Shown: positions 17,962 through 28,072 of the stretch, piece after piece
Layout: each line of letters begins with the position of its first letter
Numbering within the stretch: position 1 is the stretch's first letter
DNA from: a virus
Lineage: Duplodnaviria > Caudoviricetes
DNA length: 64,000 bases
Direction: 5' to 3' (one strand)
Virus record (IMG/VR): IMGVR_UViG_3300021185_003947
Notes under the pieces: model-generated
What the model was told of the DNA's origin: nothing
Databases searched by the model: none
What the model saw: only the letters and a program-made list of their open reading frames with translations
Program-made: the position numbers and the translations under genes

Positions 17962-19019
17962 ACTACTTCAAGCGCCTGTGCTTCTGTTAAAAGTTTTCTC
18001 ATATCAATCTTAATTCTGTCTTTATCTAATTCAGTGTCAACTGATTCAACATAACTATCTAACAATGTTGAAGTATCTTCAAGTGATATACCTTCATCTT
18101 CAACATTTTCTCCAATAAACTCTTCAAAGTTTTCGGCAATTTTTAGTTCATGTATCTTCCTATTCTGTATTCTATCAACAAATCGATCAAATGTAAATAG
18201 GTCTTGTTTATTTTTTACAACTATTTTTACAAATTTATAATCTAAATGATCTAGTTTCATATCTAAATAATTATAATTCGAATCATCATATATAATTCGC
18301 TCATACAAAGTATGAGGATTACGAATGGCTTCAATGTTTCGAGTTTCAGTATCAATGACATGAAAGTACTTGTTATCATGAGCATCATTCCAAAAAAATT
18401 CCATTTGCGAACCAAGATACATTACGTTGTCTCGTTGTGATTTTGTATGAAAATGACCAGATAATACTTTTTCAAATCTATTAAAAATATTATGATCCAT
18501 GCCATGTTGGTTAACAATACCAGCCATCAGATTAAAACCAGATAATTCTAAATGACCGCCTAGCCAATCAGCTTTACAGTTTTTAATAAAGTTCATAGAC
18601 TCATCATGATTTTCTGGAGTAATCCATGGCAACATTGCAAACTTAAATGAATCATATTCCATTACTGTTGGTTTCATCACAATGTGAATTTCATTCATAA
18701 AGTGACCAAGTAGTTCTTTAAGAGAATTCAGATCATTTGTATTTTTATAATAAGTATCATGATTACCTGGCATAATGTCCATAGCAATACCAAGATCTCT
18801 TAATCGATTAAGAAAATGTTTTCTATTTGAATTAAGAGCTTTAAAATTAACAAACTTACGATGATCATAGTAATCACCAAGGTGAATTATTTGTTTAATA
18901 TTATGTTCTTTACAATATGGAAAAAATATTTTGTCATAAAAAGTATTTGCATTATCTAAGAATATGTCTGAGCTATTTCTAATACCACAATGAGTATCAT
19001 TCAGTACGGCTATTTTCAT
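17958..19019 (-). CDS. 47: Recombination endonuclease nuclease subunit (Mre11/SbcD-like)
   Basis: DTH.G, HLGD.YD, GNHD, GHLE, SGHFH. Start moved to MKIAVL. Confidence 0.96.
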   Translation of the reverse strand: MKIAVLNDTHCGIRNSSDIFLDNANTFYDKIFFPYCKEHNIKQIIHLGDYYDHRKFVNFKALNSNRKHFLNRLRDLGIAMDIMPGNHDTYYKNTNDLNSLKELLGHFMNEIHIVMKPTVMEYDSFKFAMLPWITPENHDESMNFIKNCKADWLGGHLELSGFNLMAGIVNQHGMDHNIFNRFEKVLSGHFHTKSQRDNVMYLGSQMEFFWNDAHDNKYFHVIDTETRNIEAIRNPHTLYERIIYDDSNYNYLDMKLDHLDYKFVKIVVKNKQDLFTFDRFVDRIQNRKIHELKIAENFEEFIGENVEDEGISLEDTSTLLDSYVESVDTELDKDRIKIDMRKLLTEAQALEVV

Positions 19020-19237
19020 GCTTTTACGTCCCAATCTGCTTTTTCTTCAAGAGTCCATTGTACTGCTTGATAATAGTCTTTGTCTTCGTCGTTCATATGT
19101 GCAGCAAATAAACTAACTTTCGCCATTTGATTTAGTAGGTCAGTTTTACCTTCTATTAAATGATCCTGTCCAGGTGATTCCATAATAGCTTGAATAGCAT
19201 CCATATGAAGCTTAATTCTTTCTTGTATTTTACTCAC
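19016..19237 (-). CDS. Hypothetical protein (73 aa)
   Basis: ATGA-coupled to both gp55 and gp47. Confidence 0.65.
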   Translation of the reverse strand: MSKIQERIKLHMDAIQAIMESPGQDHLIEGKTDLLNQMAKVSLFAAHMNDEDKDYYQAVQWTLEEKADWDVKA

Positions 19238-19824
19238 TCTAAGAAATCCTGTAAGTCTGAGTCAACTGTACGAGCTCTTTTCTTTGGTGTCTTATTAGCT
19301 TTAGCAAAAGTTTTAAGCTCGGTATCATATTCTTTTACTTTACTAATTCTATCTTTTAAAGTATCAACAAAGTGCGTAGCTACCTGAGTCGATTCTTCAC
19401 TACTAGAAGAAGTGATAAACGCTTCAACTCCAGATTGCAACATATACTTTTCTTTAATCTCTTGCTGTTTCTTTTCCTTTGTAATTCTACGAAGAAAAGC
19501 AAACCAAATAATTTGAGTAAAATAAGCAAATGCGTTTGGTTTGCCTGAACGAGTTTTAGCATCAATATTATAGTTTTCAACAGCTTTTAGACAATTTTCA
19601 ACTGCATCCATAACCATTTCTTCACGATAAGTATATCGTATAAAATTAGACTTATGTGAAAGATTTTCAGCAATTTTTAAAAAAGATATAGCAATATCAT
19701 CAGGAACAATTGGTAAAACATCGTTATTTTCTTTAGCTTCAGAAACAGTTTTTACATAGTTGACTACTGATAATGAGAATTCAGCATTATTTACATAATG
19801 TACATTTTTAGTTTTTTTGGGCAT
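19234..19824 (-). CDS. 55: Late-transcription sigma factor
   Basis: HYVNN.EF, NF..YTYREEM..DA.ENC, NAFAYFTQI...AF.RRI.KEK. Confidence 0.95.
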   Translation of the reverse strand: MPKKTKNVHYVNNAEFSLSVVNYVKTVSEAKENNDVLPIVPDDIAISFLKIAENLSHKSNFIRYTYREEMVMDAVENCLKAVENYNIDAKTRSGKPNAFAYFTQIIWFAFLRRITKEKKQQEIKEKYMLQSGVEAFITSSSSEESTQVATHFVDTLKDRISKVKEYDTELKTFAKANKTPKKRARTVDSDLQDFLE

Positions 19825-19855
19825 AATGTTTATATCTCCACATAATATATTAGTA

Positions 19856-19884
19856 ATTATAAACTATTTTTTGTTGTTTGTAAA
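19856..19884 (-). promoter_or_regulatory. Early promoter of gp55
   Basis: TTTACA-N17-TATAAT. Confidence 0.78.
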
Positions 19885-19916
19885 TAAATTTATTTTTAAA
19901 ATATTGAAAATAACTG

Positions 19917-19945
19917 TTTACATACCGCAAAAAATGTGGTATAAT
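19917..19945 (+). promoter_or_regulatory. Plus-strand early-type promoter facing antisense to uvsW/uvsY
   Basis: TTTACA-N17-TATAAT with an extended -10 TG; no long plus-strand ORF for about 3 kb downstream. Confidence 0.6.
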
Positions 19946-19975
19946 AAAGAGTATTCTTTAAAGGGAAGGTAGTAT

Positions 19976-20404
19976 CTAATGAAGTTTATTCTTCGAAATC
20001 TTATTAAATGATAAGGTTACTACGTTTTTATTCTGATGATCAGATTCTCCGATAAGATCTAATTGAACTAAATCTTTTTCTCTAATTTCTTCATTTGCCA
20101 TATCTACTATTCTAGATAGAGCTAATTCATATTGTTTAAGTAATTCAGTATGCGGATTAGACAACGCCATACAATGATACGCATTAATAGTAATTACTTC
20201 ATCTTTATGTTCAACATATGTCATCCAAGGTTTAAGAACATATAAAGTTGTAGTGTATTGTTCTGTATCATTACTTTGAGCTCTAAACTTATCAATTAAT
20301 AAACAGTATCTTACAACTAAATCATCTTCAAGTTCTTCTAAAATTTCACAAATAATTTCGTCGCCGTTTACCATTTTGATTTGTTTAACGTTATCTACAA
20401 TCAT
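19976..20404 (-). CDS. Conserved T4-like hypothetical protein
   Basis: IKMVNGDEIIC ... LKPWM pattern; usual position between uvsW and gp55. Confidence 0.7.
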   Translation of the reverse strand: MIVDNVKQIKMVNGDEIICEILEELEDDLVVRYCLLIDKFRAQSNDTEQYTTTLYVLKPWMTYVEHKDEVITINAYHCMALSNPHTELLKQYELALSRIVDMANEEIREKDLVQLDLIGESDHQNKNVVTLSFNKISKNKLH

Positions 20405-20408
20405 TACT

Positions 20409-21911
20409 CTAAACCTTTATTTTATATATTTTGAAATTAAATTGCTCTCTTTTATATATTTTGATTCTTTCTTCGGAATGTAACAGCGTATAATTTTTCT
20501 TCGATTTATGTTGTATATCGTCTGATATATCATATAGTTTAGTAGTTACTCCATTGTCGCTTTTTCTGAGTCCTCGTCCAATGCTTTGGAGGACTTTGAT
20601 TTGTGATTTTGATGGGCTCGCAAAAATGATATTATGAAGATTACGTATGTTAATCCCTGTACTAAAAGTCCCGAGACTAGCCACGATAATCGCATCTTTT
20701 TGTTTCTCCGTTATTTTTCTTATAGCTTCTCTATCAGTAGCTTCAGTTGCACCACTAACAAAGAACACCTTTCTATTTATATCAGCTTTAGATTGTATTA
20801 ATTCATATAAAATTTTACCATGTTTTTCCACAAATTGAAATAATACTAATGAATTACCTTTTTGATCAAGAGCAAGATTTCTTATAAAATGATTTCGTTT
20901 TTCATTTCCAATTATAAAGTTTATTTCTTGTTGGTAAGTACTTCCACTAATTAATTGTCTTACATCATCAGCATGTTCTAATCTTAAAATAAAAATATCA
21001 AGAGCAGCTAATGTCTCTTTATCCTGTAATGCTTTAGTTGTAGTAACTTTCATTACCTTTCCAAACAATCCTTCAAGTACTAATTTATGTGTTTGTGTAC
21101 CATCAAGTGTTCCAGTTGTACCAAATCTATAAACTGTTGTTTTAGCTTTGTTCATAATATTAGATAACGATTTTGATTTGAATCCATGAACCTCATCACC
21201 AAATATAACGCCAAATTGACTAAACCATGTCATAGGTAATTTATATATTGATTGCCATGTACTAATAAAAACGTTTTCAGATATATTCATTTTAGCTTGA
21301 CCAGAAAAAATTGCATGACAATCATCTTTAGAAAAGCTATCATCATGAGATGAATAATCATCAAAGTCTGATAACATTTGTTGAACAAGCGAAGTTGTTG
21401 GTACGATTACTAAAACCTTTTCATCGTGATTGGCCATGTACCATCTCATCAAAACATAAATTATTAATGATTTTCCAGATCCAGTTGGTGATAGTAAAAT
21501 TGCTCGTTTTTTTCTAATGCTTTCACAAATAGCATTAAACTGATAATCTCTTACTTCAATTTGATTACCTTTACTATGAATATTAAGAGATTTAATAAAA
21601 TCCATTATATCTTTAACATCAATTTTATTAAATGATTCTGGAGGACCAAATGGACCGTCTTCATATTCAACAGCATAATCACGTTTTTCAGCAAACTCTT
21701 TTACATATGGCAATAAACCAACTGGCAATTCATAATTTGCGGGATTAAATAATCTTACCTTACCATCCCAGACTTTATTACGATATAAAGGCATGTACTT
21801 ATAACCTGGAACAAAAAACGAAAAGTACTCACTTAATTCCATTGCAATACCATTATCACAACCAATAAGTAACATAGCTTCATTTTTCTTTTGTAGTAAA
21901 ATTCTATCCAC
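20409..21911 (-). CDS. uvsW: SF2 RNA-DNA/DNA helicase UvsW
   Basis: RDYQ, SPTGSGKS, DEVH, GTTGT, FSTGINI, QSIGRGLR. Confidence 0.96.
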   Translation of the reverse strand: MDRILLQKKNEAMLLIGCDNGIAMELSEYFSFFVPGYKYMPLYRNKVWDGKVRLFNPANYELPVGLLPYVKEFAEKRDYAVEYEDGPFGPPESFNKIDVKDIMDFIKSLNIHSKGNQIEVRDYQFNAICESIRKKRAILLSPTGSGKSLIIYVLMRWYMANHDEKVLVIVPTTSLVQQMLSDFDDYSSHDDSFSKDDCHAIFSGQAKMNISENVFISTWQSIYKLPMTWFSQFGVIFGDEVHGFKSKSLSNIMNKAKTTVYRFGTTGTLDGTQTHKLVLEGLFGKVMKVTTTKALQDKETLAALDIFILRLEHADDVRQLISGSTYQQEINFIIGNEKRNHFIRNLALDQKGNSLVLFQFVEKHGKILYELIQSKADINRKVFFVSGATEATDREAIRKITEKQKDAIIVASLGTFSTGINIRNLHNIIFASPSKSQIKVLQSIGRGLRKSDNGVTTKLYDISDDIQHKSKKNYTLLHSEERIKIYKREQFNFKIYKIKV

Positions 21912-22350
21912 CGGCTTGAAACATCTTCCATTTTATAATATTGCTAATTGTTTGGTGCTTCCAACGTAATGTATCTACTATTTCTGTAAGTGTTTCCACT
22001 GTTGTTTTAAAATAAATTACTTTTTCTTCACTCTGTTGTATATCTATATCTGAATCATAATAGCGATTCATATCACCTTTCATGATTTTCATTCCACGAA
22101 ATGGATCAAATTCCCATCCTTTTTCGATAAGTTCATCTTCAGTCATCTTTCCATTATAATAAAGCCATTTTTCTTTAAGCAATATTTTTTGGTTAAGTTC
22201 TGTCTTTTTTAGCTTGAGTTTTGTAATAGATAACATTTCAAGATATTTTGCGTGCAACTTAGCTATTTCAATTGAACTTTTATCTAAATTGTTTTCATCT
22301 ATTTCGCAGTCGGTCTGCCATTCTTCAAGTATATTTTCAAGTGTTAACAA
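21904..22350 (-). CDS. uvsY: Recombination mediator UvsY
   Basis: LHAKYL, KW.YYNGK, Y.DSD.DI; adjacent to uvsW. Confidence 0.88.
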   Translation of the reverse strand: MLTLENILEEWQTDCEIDENNLDKSSIEIAKLHAKYLEMLSITKLKLKKTELNQKILLKEKWLYYNGKMTEDELIEKGWEFDPFRGMKIMKGDMNRYYDSDIDIQQSEEKVIYFKTTVETLTEIVDTLRWKHQTISNIIKWKMFQAGG

Positions 22351-22383
22351 ATCATTTCTCCATAATATAAAAATATATATACA

Positions 22384-22902
22384 TCAAGTTATAGTAAAAT
22401 ACTCATTTCTAAATGAGGCTTGAAATGTAACCTGTGATGGTTCACCTACTGTTGCAGCAAAATTTAATGAGCTTAGTGACGTTGGAACACAATCAATATA
22501 TTTTATTGTTTTAACAACTTTGTTCGAATTTGTTAATAGTAAAACAGTGATGTCTGCTTCATGTGTGTCTGTTGGAGATGGTATGTCACGATATAAAGGA
22601 TTATCACCAAGAATTCCTCTTCTATCTTCTGTTTGAGATTTTGCCCAATTATACATCTCGATGTAAGAATTCATATTTTCATCTACTATTACTTCAAAAC
22701 CTAATTCATCAATGGTTAAAGTGTCACCAGGCAAACCAACTGTAGAAATTCTTTTATACGCCATTGGAGCAGAAGTAACCGTAACACCAGGATGCTGAAA
22801 TGATTGAGCAAAAAATTCTAAATTGCCGAATTTTTTTCTATCAATTATTACTTTAAACTGCGTACTTTGTAGAAAATTAATGTTAGTTGTTAATTCTGCC
22901 AT
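22384..22902 (-). CDS. 3: Tail completion / tube terminator
   Basis: N.NFL..TQF, PG.T, PGD.L....L.....VDENM..YIEMYNW. Confidence 0.85.
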   Translation of the reverse strand: MAELTTNINFLQSTQFKVIIDRKKFGNLEFFAQSFQHPGVTVTSAPMAYKRISTVGLPGDTLTIDELGFEVIVDENMNSYIEMYNWAKSQTEDRRGILGDNPLYRDIPSPTDTHEADITVLLLTNSNKVVKTIKYIDCVPTSLSSLNFAATVGEPSQVTFQASFRNEYFTIT

Positions 22903-22924
22903 ATTAAACTCCTTTAACTACTAC

Positions 22925-22950
22925 TATTTATATTTTTCTACATATAAATA
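22925..22950. promoter_or_regulatory. Divergent pair of gp55-type late promoters
   Basis: TATAAATA on minus (22925-22932, toward gp3) and on plus (22943-22950, toward the fibre cassette). Confidence 0.75.
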
Positions 22951-22988
22951 CACATATAATATAAAATTTAAGTAATGGTATAATTTTA

Positions 22989-24638
22989 ATGGCTAGACGC
23001 ATAACTGTAAACTTAAGTGACACTATCAACACTTGGAGAATAAAGACAAATGCTCTCAGTCTTTTGATAGGTGATTTAGATGATTTATCTTCTGAATTTA
23101 CTGGTCATGATTCTGATTTTGTAGAAGCTATGAATTTTGCATTTGATAAAAAAGGCCTCTACTCAGCAGGTCTTGGAATAACCAAATCAACTAGTGGAGA
23201 TTCTTCAGGTGTATTTAATGTTTTAGCTGGAACTGGATTAACACAGGATTCAAATGGTTTAAGTATAGGCCCTGCTCCGGGAAATACAATTAAAGTTAGA
23301 GATGCAAATTCTGCCGGAGCTTTGTCTGATAAAGAAATAATTAATGAACAAATTTTAATTGGTAATGGCAATGGTTTTACATCTGCTGCTTTATCTCAAG
23401 ATGTTCTTATGACAAATGCTGGTGTTGTTACAATTCAACCTGATGTTGTTACGTATTCTAAAATGCAAAATGTTGTAGGCGCAAACAAAGTTCTTGGAAG
23501 TTCAACCGCAAATGGAATTATAACAGAGACTCAAGTGCAAACTGGAATGATTGCAGATGACGCTGTTACTACTGTTAAAATTCTAGATGATAATGTTACA
23601 TATGCTAAAATTCAAGATGCAGGCGCCAATTCAATTCTAGTTAGAGACGGAGCTGCAGCTGGAGATATATCAGCAAAAACTTTAACAGATACTCAAATCT
23701 TAATTAATAATGGAGCAGGATTTACTGCTGCAGCATTATCTGGTGATATTACAATGAATAATGCTGGAGTAGTAACAGTTGATCCGTCAGTAATCGGGAG
23801 TGTAGGCATTACTATCGGTGGAAACGCCCCAACTTCACCTGCAAATGGAACAGCCTGGTTTGACGATGTAACAGCCGGCGAAATGTTTGTATATAGCGAT
23901 AGCGCATCAAATTGGATACAGGTCACAGGGTCTATCACTTCTTTTTCAGCTATAAGTGGAACACCACCGGCGGCACCTTTAGATGGTACTTTTTGGTTTG
24001 ATGATGTAACAGACGGAGAACTGTTCATTTATAGTGATAGTGCATCAAATTGGATACAGGTTACTGGATCAATCACTTCTTTTTCAACAATAGGCGCATC
24101 GCCTCCAGCTGCACCTTTAAATGGTACTTTTTGGTTTGATGACAGCGCAACTGGAGAACTGTTTATTTATAGTAATGATGCATCAAATTGGATACAGGTT
24201 ACTGGCGTAGTCGCTAATGTAGCATTCTCCGATTTAACAAGTACTCCAACTACTTTAGCTGGCTACGGAATTACAGATGCACCGTCGGTATTAACTGACC
24301 TAAGTATTACTGATGGAACAAGCGGACAAGTACTAACAACAGACGGTAGTGCTGGATTTACATTTACATCTGCATCAAGTAGTACAACCTTTAATGCCAT
24401 TGGAACTTATTGTTTGGGGTTCTATACTGGTCTTGGCATTCACAATGGAGGTGCTACTTTCTCAGGAAGTTCAATTGCTACTGCTAATACTTATGCCGGT
24501 ACTAGTGGCTGGAGTGGATCTAGTACTTCTACTTTATCAGGAACTTGGCGCCTTATGGGAAACATAGGCTATTATAATCAAGGTACCACTGCAAGTAACG
24601 CAAACGTATCCGGCAGTTTATTTGTGAGGATTTCATAA
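22989..24638 (+). CDS. Modular tail-fibre/whisker-like virion protein (549 aa)
   Basis: N-terminal VNLSDTINTWRIKTN anchor-like motif, A.T..KI.D..VT repeats, three 42-aa WFDD repeats, VAFSDLTS linker, C-terminal SGTWR.M..LF.RIS domain. Confidence 0.75.
   Translation: MARRITVNLSDTINTWRIKTNALSLLIGDLDDLSSEFTGHDSDFVEAMNFAFDKKGLYSAGLGITKSTSGDSSGVFNVLAGTGLTQDSNGLSIGPAPGNTIKVRDANSAGALSDKEIINEQILIGNGNGFTSAALSQDVLMTNAGVVTIQPDVVTYSKMQNVVGANKVLGSSTANGIITETQVQTGMIADDAVTTVKILDDNVTYAKIQDAGANSILVRDGAAAGDISAKTLTDTQILINNGAGFTAAALSGDITMNNAGVVTVDPSVIGSVGITIGGNAPTSPANGTAWFDDVTAGEMFVYSDSASNWIQVTGSITSFSAISGTPPAAPLDGTFWFDDVTDGELFIYSDSASNWIQVTGSITSFSTIGASPPAAPLNGTFWFDDSATGELFIYSNDASNWIQVTGVVANVAFSDLTSTPTTLAGYGITDAPSVLTDLSITDGTSGQVLTTDGSAGFTFTSASSSTTFNAIGTYCLGFYTGLGIHNGGATFSGSSIATANTYAGTSGWSGSSTSTLSGTWRLMGNIGYYNQGTTASNANVSGSLFVRIS
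23826..24207 (+). repeat. Three tandem 126-bp coding repeats (P..P..GT.WFDD...GE.F.YS..ASNWIQVTG)
   Basis: Visible in both DNA and protein; ends approximate. Confidence 0.8.
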
Positions 24639-24744
24639 TGACTATTGGAGTAGTTCTGAAGCAAATAGCGGTTCAAAGGGGTATACTGGTGGTACAGAAA
24701 CCCGGCCAAGAAACATTGCATTTCTAGCTTGTATTAAATATTAA
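24628..24744 (+). pseudogene. Orphan 3' remnant of a tail-collar gene (...GGTETRPRNIAFLACIKY*)
   Basis: Start-less frame after TGA 24625-27. Its last ~50 nt, including the next RBS taaggaga, nearly match 25800-25851. Confidence 0.75.
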
Positions 24745-24756
24745 GGAGACATTGGT

Positions 24757-25152
24757 ATGAACGTATATCAGACAGATTTAAATGGTGTTTATGTAGGCAC
24801 TACAACAGCAGATCAAGACCCTTTAGATGACACTAACTGGCTTATTCCAGCGGGTTGCGTACAGACTGCACCACCAACAATAACTGACAGCCAACTTGCT
24901 AAGTGGGATGGTTCAGGATGGGTTGTAGAGAATATACCCATTGTAGAACCTGATCCAGAACCTGAGTCTATTGCACCAGAAGTTTTAGCCCGTGGAAAGC
25001 GTGACGGACTATTGATAACTTCAGATTGGACACAGGTTGATGACTCTCCTGTAGATAAGTCTGCTTGGGCAACATACAGACAACTTTTACGGGACGTACC
25101 AACTCAAGCAGGATTTCCAAACACAATAACATGGCCCACTTCACCCGAATAG
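24757..25152 (+). CDS. Tail-fibre assembly chaperone
   Basis: Tfa-like N-terminus (YQ.D..G.YVG...LIPAG...PP) plus R..RD.LL..SDW...W..YRQ.LRD.P.Q.GFP..I.WP. Confidence 0.85.
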   Translation: MNVYQTDLNGVYVGTTTADQDPLDDTNWLIPAGCVQTAPPTITDSQLAKWDGSGWVVENIPIVEPDPEPESIAPEVLARGKRDGLLITSDWTQVDDSPVDKSAWATYRQLLRDVPTQAGFPNTITWPTSPE

Positions 25153-25178
25153 AGTATGCATAATTAGGAGAAAAAGGA

Positions 25179-25847
25179 ATGCCATATCCATTAAACCCGA
25201 CAACAGGTGATGAATATATTTTAGGATCAAAAACTTGGAAATACAATGGTTCGCGCTGGGTAAAATTAGGACTTTCACAAACTGTATCTGCAGATGTAGC
25301 ATTCTCAGATTTAACAAGTACTCCAACTACATTATCAGGCTATGGAATTACTGATGCTGCAAGTTCATCAAGTGCATCAGTTCCTGCCGGTACATTAATT
25401 TATCATGCAGCTAATACAGCCCCTACAGGCTTTATTAAGGCTAATGGTGCTGCTATATCAAGAACAACTTATGCTGATTTGTTTGCAGCAATAGGCACTA
25501 CGTATGGCGCTGGTGATGGATCTTCTACTTTTAATGTCCCCGACCTTCGTGGTGAGTTTATGCGTGGATGGGATGACGCGCGCGGAATTGATACCAGTCG
25601 TTCTTTTGGTTCTGCACAGGCTGATGAATTTAAGCTACACGGTCACCCTTCAAGGCGGGGCACTGAATTTAATGTTACCAACGATACTGGCGGCGGCGGT
25701 ATACTCATGGACAGTAATGGAGGTCAAGCAAACAGGTCAGCGTTTACAGGAACACCATCAAATACTGATGGGCAACATATTGGCGGCTCTGGAGGTTCAG
25801 AAACACGTCCAAGAAACATTGCATTTCTAGCTTGTATTAAATATTAA
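25179..25847 (+). CDS. Short tail-fibre protein with one tail-collar domain
   Basis: P.GT.I..A....P.GF..ANGA..SRT.YA.LF..IGT.YG.GDG..TFN.PDLRGEF.RGWD ... ETRPRN.A...CIKY. Confidence 0.85.
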   Translation: MPYPLNPTTGDEYILGSKTWKYNGSRWVKLGLSQTVSADVAFSDLTSTPTTLSGYGITDAASSSSASVPAGTLIYHAANTAPTGFIKANGAAISRTTYADLFAAIGTTYGAGDGSSTFNVPDLRGEFMRGWDDARGIDTSRSFGSAQADEFKLHGHPSRRGTEFNVTNDTGGGGILMDSNGGQANRSAFTGTPSNTDGQHIGGSGGSETRPRNIAFLACIKY

Positions 25848-25859
25848 GGAGAAACAATA

Positions 25860-26276
25860 ATGTCTGTTACAATTACACAAGTGCGTAATGCACAATCACT
25901 TAACGTAGAGAATACTGCATATGATGTAGAAATTAATCATCCCGATTACGGTTGGATACCTTACACTTTGGACCCTAGCGACACTGATATGACTATCGAT
26001 AACAATGCTGTAATGTCTTTGATAAGCACAAACTTTACATCTTATGTAGCACCTACTCAGGCAGAGTTAGATGCAGAACTTGAAGCAAATCTAAGAAGTC
26101 AACGTGACCAGAAGTTAGTAGAAGAATTGGACCCTATAGTAACTAACCCTTTACGTTGGGCAGAACTTACATCTGATAAGCAAACAGAGTGGACACAATA
26201 TAGAACTGACTTATTAAATGTACCACAACAGTCAGGGTTTCCTACAAATGTAACTTGGCCAGATAAACCTGTATAA
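25860..26276 (+). CDS. Tail-fibre assembly chaperone
   Basis: LR.QRD..L ... W..YR..L..VPQQ.GFP..V.WP C-terminus. Confidence 0.8.
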   Translation: MSVTITQVRNAQSLNVENTAYDVEINHPDYGWIPYTLDPSDTDMTIDNNAVMSLISTNFTSYVAPTQAELDAELEANLRSQRDQKLVEELDPIVTNPLRWAELTSDKQTEWTQYRTDLLNVPQQSGFPTNVTWPDKPV

Positions 26277-26279
26277 ATA
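26272..26279 (+). promoter_or_regulatory. Late promoter inside the fibre cassette
   Basis: TATAAATA about 20 nt before the ATG at 26300. Confidence 0.65.
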
Positions 26280-26299
26280 TATAATCAGGAGAAACAGAA

Positions 26300-28072
26300 A
26301 TGGCATATCCAACAAATCCAACGACCGGTGACACCTATGTTTTAGGATCAAAAACTTGGACCTACAATGGCACGAACTGGGTAAATCAAGCAACGTTTGC
26401 ATCAGGTAGTAGTGCTAGTGTAGCATTCTCCGATTTAACAAGTACTCCAACTACATTAGCTGGCTACGGAATTACAGATGGTGGCAGTGGTAGCGGTGGC
26501 GGAGCAATGGAATTCATTGCTTCATCAGGGGCTTTAAGTAATGTGGCTGATGTTAGCTTTACACAGTTTGATGCAACTAAGTATGATCATTATGTCTTTG
26601 CGCTTCAAAATGTCATACCTGATACAAATGGTGCAAACTTATTTGCACGCTTAAGGCCAACTGGAAGTTCGACTTATTCTGCCACTAGTGGAAATTATGA
26701 AACGGCTGGTAGTGCTAGAACAGCGTTTGTATTAGCTGATAGTGTGGGGACTAATACACATGGCTATGGTGTAGGTGGTTTATTTAATTTATATGCGCTA
26801 CATTTAACTGATGAATACACGTTCGCAGATACCGTTAATTTGATATATACACGAAATAATGGAGTAACGACACAAACAATATCGTATGCTGGGGCTGGTA
26901 ATATTTACAAGCAAGCAACAGCGGTCGATGCGATTCGATTCTTTTTTTCGTCAGGGAACATCTTCTCGGGCGAAATAGTAATGTACGGAATTAGGAATTC
27001 AGCATCGGGTGGAGGAGGAGCCGGAGGCGGTAGTGTAGCATTCTCCGATTTAACAAGTACTCCAACTACCTTAGCCGGCTACGGAATTACAGATGGTGCA
27101 AGTGAATCAGCTGCAGTTGGTACAGTAATTTATCATTCAGCTAATACAGCCCCTACAGGCTTTATTAAGGCTAACGGCGCTGCTATATCAAGAACAACTT
27201 ACTCTGATTTGTTTACGGCAATTGGTACAACTTTTGGTAGTGGCGATGGATCTTCTACTTTTAATGTCCCCGACCTTCGCGGCGAGTTTCCTAGAGGTTG
27301 GGATGACGGCCGTGGAATTGATGCCAGCCGTTCTTTTGGTTCTGCACAGGCTGACCAAATGGAATCCCACAATCACAGCGTACCTTCTGCCGCTAACTTT
27401 GGTGGTAATCATGACCGAATAGTAGTTGGTACCGGAGTGTTTTCAAGCAACAATGCGTCTACAGATTTCACCGGTGGAACGTCTAATTCTTCTGAAAACC
27501 GCCCAAGAAACATAGCCCTACTTGCTTGTATTAAATATCAATCAACCTCTTCTGGTGGTGGTGGCGGTTCTCTCAGCAACATAGTTGAAGATACCACACC
27601 ACAGCTTGGTGGCAATCTGGACGCCCAAACATTTGATATCACTACCACAGGAAAGATACTATACGCGAATATGTATGCTACAGAAGGTGATTTGCCAAGT
27701 GCAACCACCTATCACGGTATGTTTGCACATGTTCACGGTACAGGAGCAGGTTACTTTGCTCATGGCGGTAATTGGATTAAACTAGCAAATCATGCAGACC
27801 TGAGTAGTGCATCAGGTAGTACAACAGCTGGAGGTGTTGGTACTTACTCACTACTTGGTAAAGCTGATGGTAGCACTACATCTCTTGGCACAGATGTATC
27901 GGGCAGTTCACTTCGGTATAGTAGCACTTATTCTTACAGTCCAAGTTACTATGGCATGTCAGGGTCTGCGCCTAGCGGCACATGGCGCTGCATGTCTGTC
28001 GGCGGGGCTTATAATTTATCAACAACTGCTGCGAATTCAACAACAGTTACTATATTTCTAAGGATTTCATAA
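26300..28072 (+). CDS. Modular tail-fibre protein (590 aa, one collar domain)
   Basis: YPTNPTTGD N-terminus, two VAFSDLTS linkers, collar domain, YHGMFAHVH module, SGTWR.M..FLRIS C-terminus. Confidence 0.82.
   Translation: MAYPTNPTTGDTYVLGSKTWTYNGTNWVNQATFASGSSASVAFSDLTSTPTTLAGYGITDGGSGSGGGAMEFIASSGALSNVADVSFTQFDATKYDHYVFALQNVIPDTNGANLFARLRPTGSSTYSATSGNYETAGSARTAFVLADSVGTNTHGYGVGGLFNLYALHLTDEYTFADTVNLIYTRNNGVTTQTISYAGAGNIYKQATAVDAIRFFFSSGNIFSGEIVMYGIRNSASGGGGAGGGSVAFSDLTSTPTTLAGYGITDGASESAAVGTVIYHSANTAPTGFIKANGAAISRTTYSDLFTAIGTTFGSGDGSSTFNVPDLRGEFPRGWDDGRGIDASRSFGSAQADQMESHNHSVPSAANFGGNHDRIVVGTGVFSSNNASTDFTGGTSNSSENRPRNIALLACIKYQSTSSGGGGGSLSNIVEDTTPQLGGNLDAQTFDITTTGKILYANMYATEGDLPSATTYHGMFAHVHGTGAGYFAHGGNWIKLANHADLSSASGSTTAGGVGTYSLLGKADGSTTSLGTDVSGSSLRYSSTYSYSPSYYGMSGSAPSGTWRCMSVGGAYNLSTTAANSTTVTIFLRIS

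Noticed and set aside
24638-24727. 29-codon ORF (MTIGVVLKQ...) or a programmed frameshift extending the 549-aa fibre
   Set aside because: No clear slippery site, and the downstream strand is only the C-terminal half of a collar domain the protein lacks. A deletion scar is the simpler explanation.
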